A stretch of DNA of 62,044 nucleotides, counting the filler. It is 5 parts of 5 records of this genome, joined end to end, with 100 filler letters (N's around TTAATTAATTAA, not from the genome) between each part and the next. Parts side by side here need not be neighbours in the genome. Positions count along the whole stretch, not along the records: positions 52,751 to 62,044 come from SRR20825010_4217; 4 more parts are not named here. One strand, written 5' to 3'. The notes beneath the pieces were generated by a model, which worked only from the letters and a program-made list of their open reading frames with translations, had not been told where the DNA came from and did not search any database. Positions 61,834-62,044 of this stretch are shown here, piece by piece (the stretch's first letter is position 1; the number at the start of each line of letters is the position of its first letter). The position numbers and the translations under genes were made by a program.

Positions 61834-62043
61834 TTATGCTTCAAAAGGTTCGATGGAAACATAAGATTTACCACCAACTTTCTTTTCAAACTTAACCACA
61901 CCATCTACCTTGGCATGCAAAGTATGGTCTTTTCCAGCGTATACGTTTTCGCCAGGATTGTGCTTGGTACCACGTTGTCTTACAATAATGTTACCAGCTG
62001 TTGCCGCCTGACCTCCAAAAATCTTAACACCTAAGCGTTTCGA
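61834..62043 (-). CDS. rpmA: 50S ribosomal protein L27, 5'-truncated (absent from ORF track)
   Basis: [42 protein letters not shown]. Confidence 0.97.
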   Translation of the reverse strand, partial: SKRLGVKIFGGQAATAGNIIVRQRGTKHNPGENVYAGKDHTLHAKVDGVVKFEKKVGGKSYVSIEPFEA

Positions 62044-62044
62044 T

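Overview
The window is not one locus. It is five unrelated contigs joined by 100-bp artificial linkers (44 N + TTAATTAATTAA + 44 N) at 31474-31573, 43412-43511, 46548-46647 and 52651-52750. Taxon labels below are inferred from gene content, synteny and composition only. (1) 1-31473, GC-rich Marinobacter-like gammaproteobacterium, near-oriC backbone: partial gyrB, glyQS, trkA, rsmB, fmt, def, LysM gene, dprA, tsaC, hemF, aroE, pomAB-type stator, hsp20, gamma-carbonic anhydrase. Accessory genes: GH13+CBM20 alpha-amylase, ParA, gabT, two ABC exporters, a BCCT transporter, a membrane-anchored beta-helix protein and tRNA-Pro(CGG). (2) 31574-43411, alphaproteobacterium (Sneathiella-like): acyl-CoA catabolic cluster, PfkB kinase, tandem secreted FecR-domain paralogues, PAS protein, tRNA-Gln(UUG). 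(3) 43512-46547, planctomycete-like: small K+ channel and an AT-richer cassette bracketed by two related palindromic repeats. (4) 46648-52650, Cytophagales (Algoriphagus-like): TM2, BlaI, desaturase, holin-like, acidic protein, HDAC, OmpH, DHS-like. (5) 52751-62044, Flavobacteriaceae (Muricauda-like): ahcY, DUF3332, PLP enzyme, a phytase/TonB receptor/TPR-LuxR module, partial rpmA. No CRISPR array, integrase or transposase was seen. The best leads are mostly non-coding: five heptamers phased at 11 bp in the phytase-receptor promoter, the palindrome-flanked planctomycete cassette, a probable ATC start codon, a 118-nt structured element whose stem mismatches are all G-U, and Pho-, MalT- and CRP-like boxes in front of uncharacterised or orphan genes.
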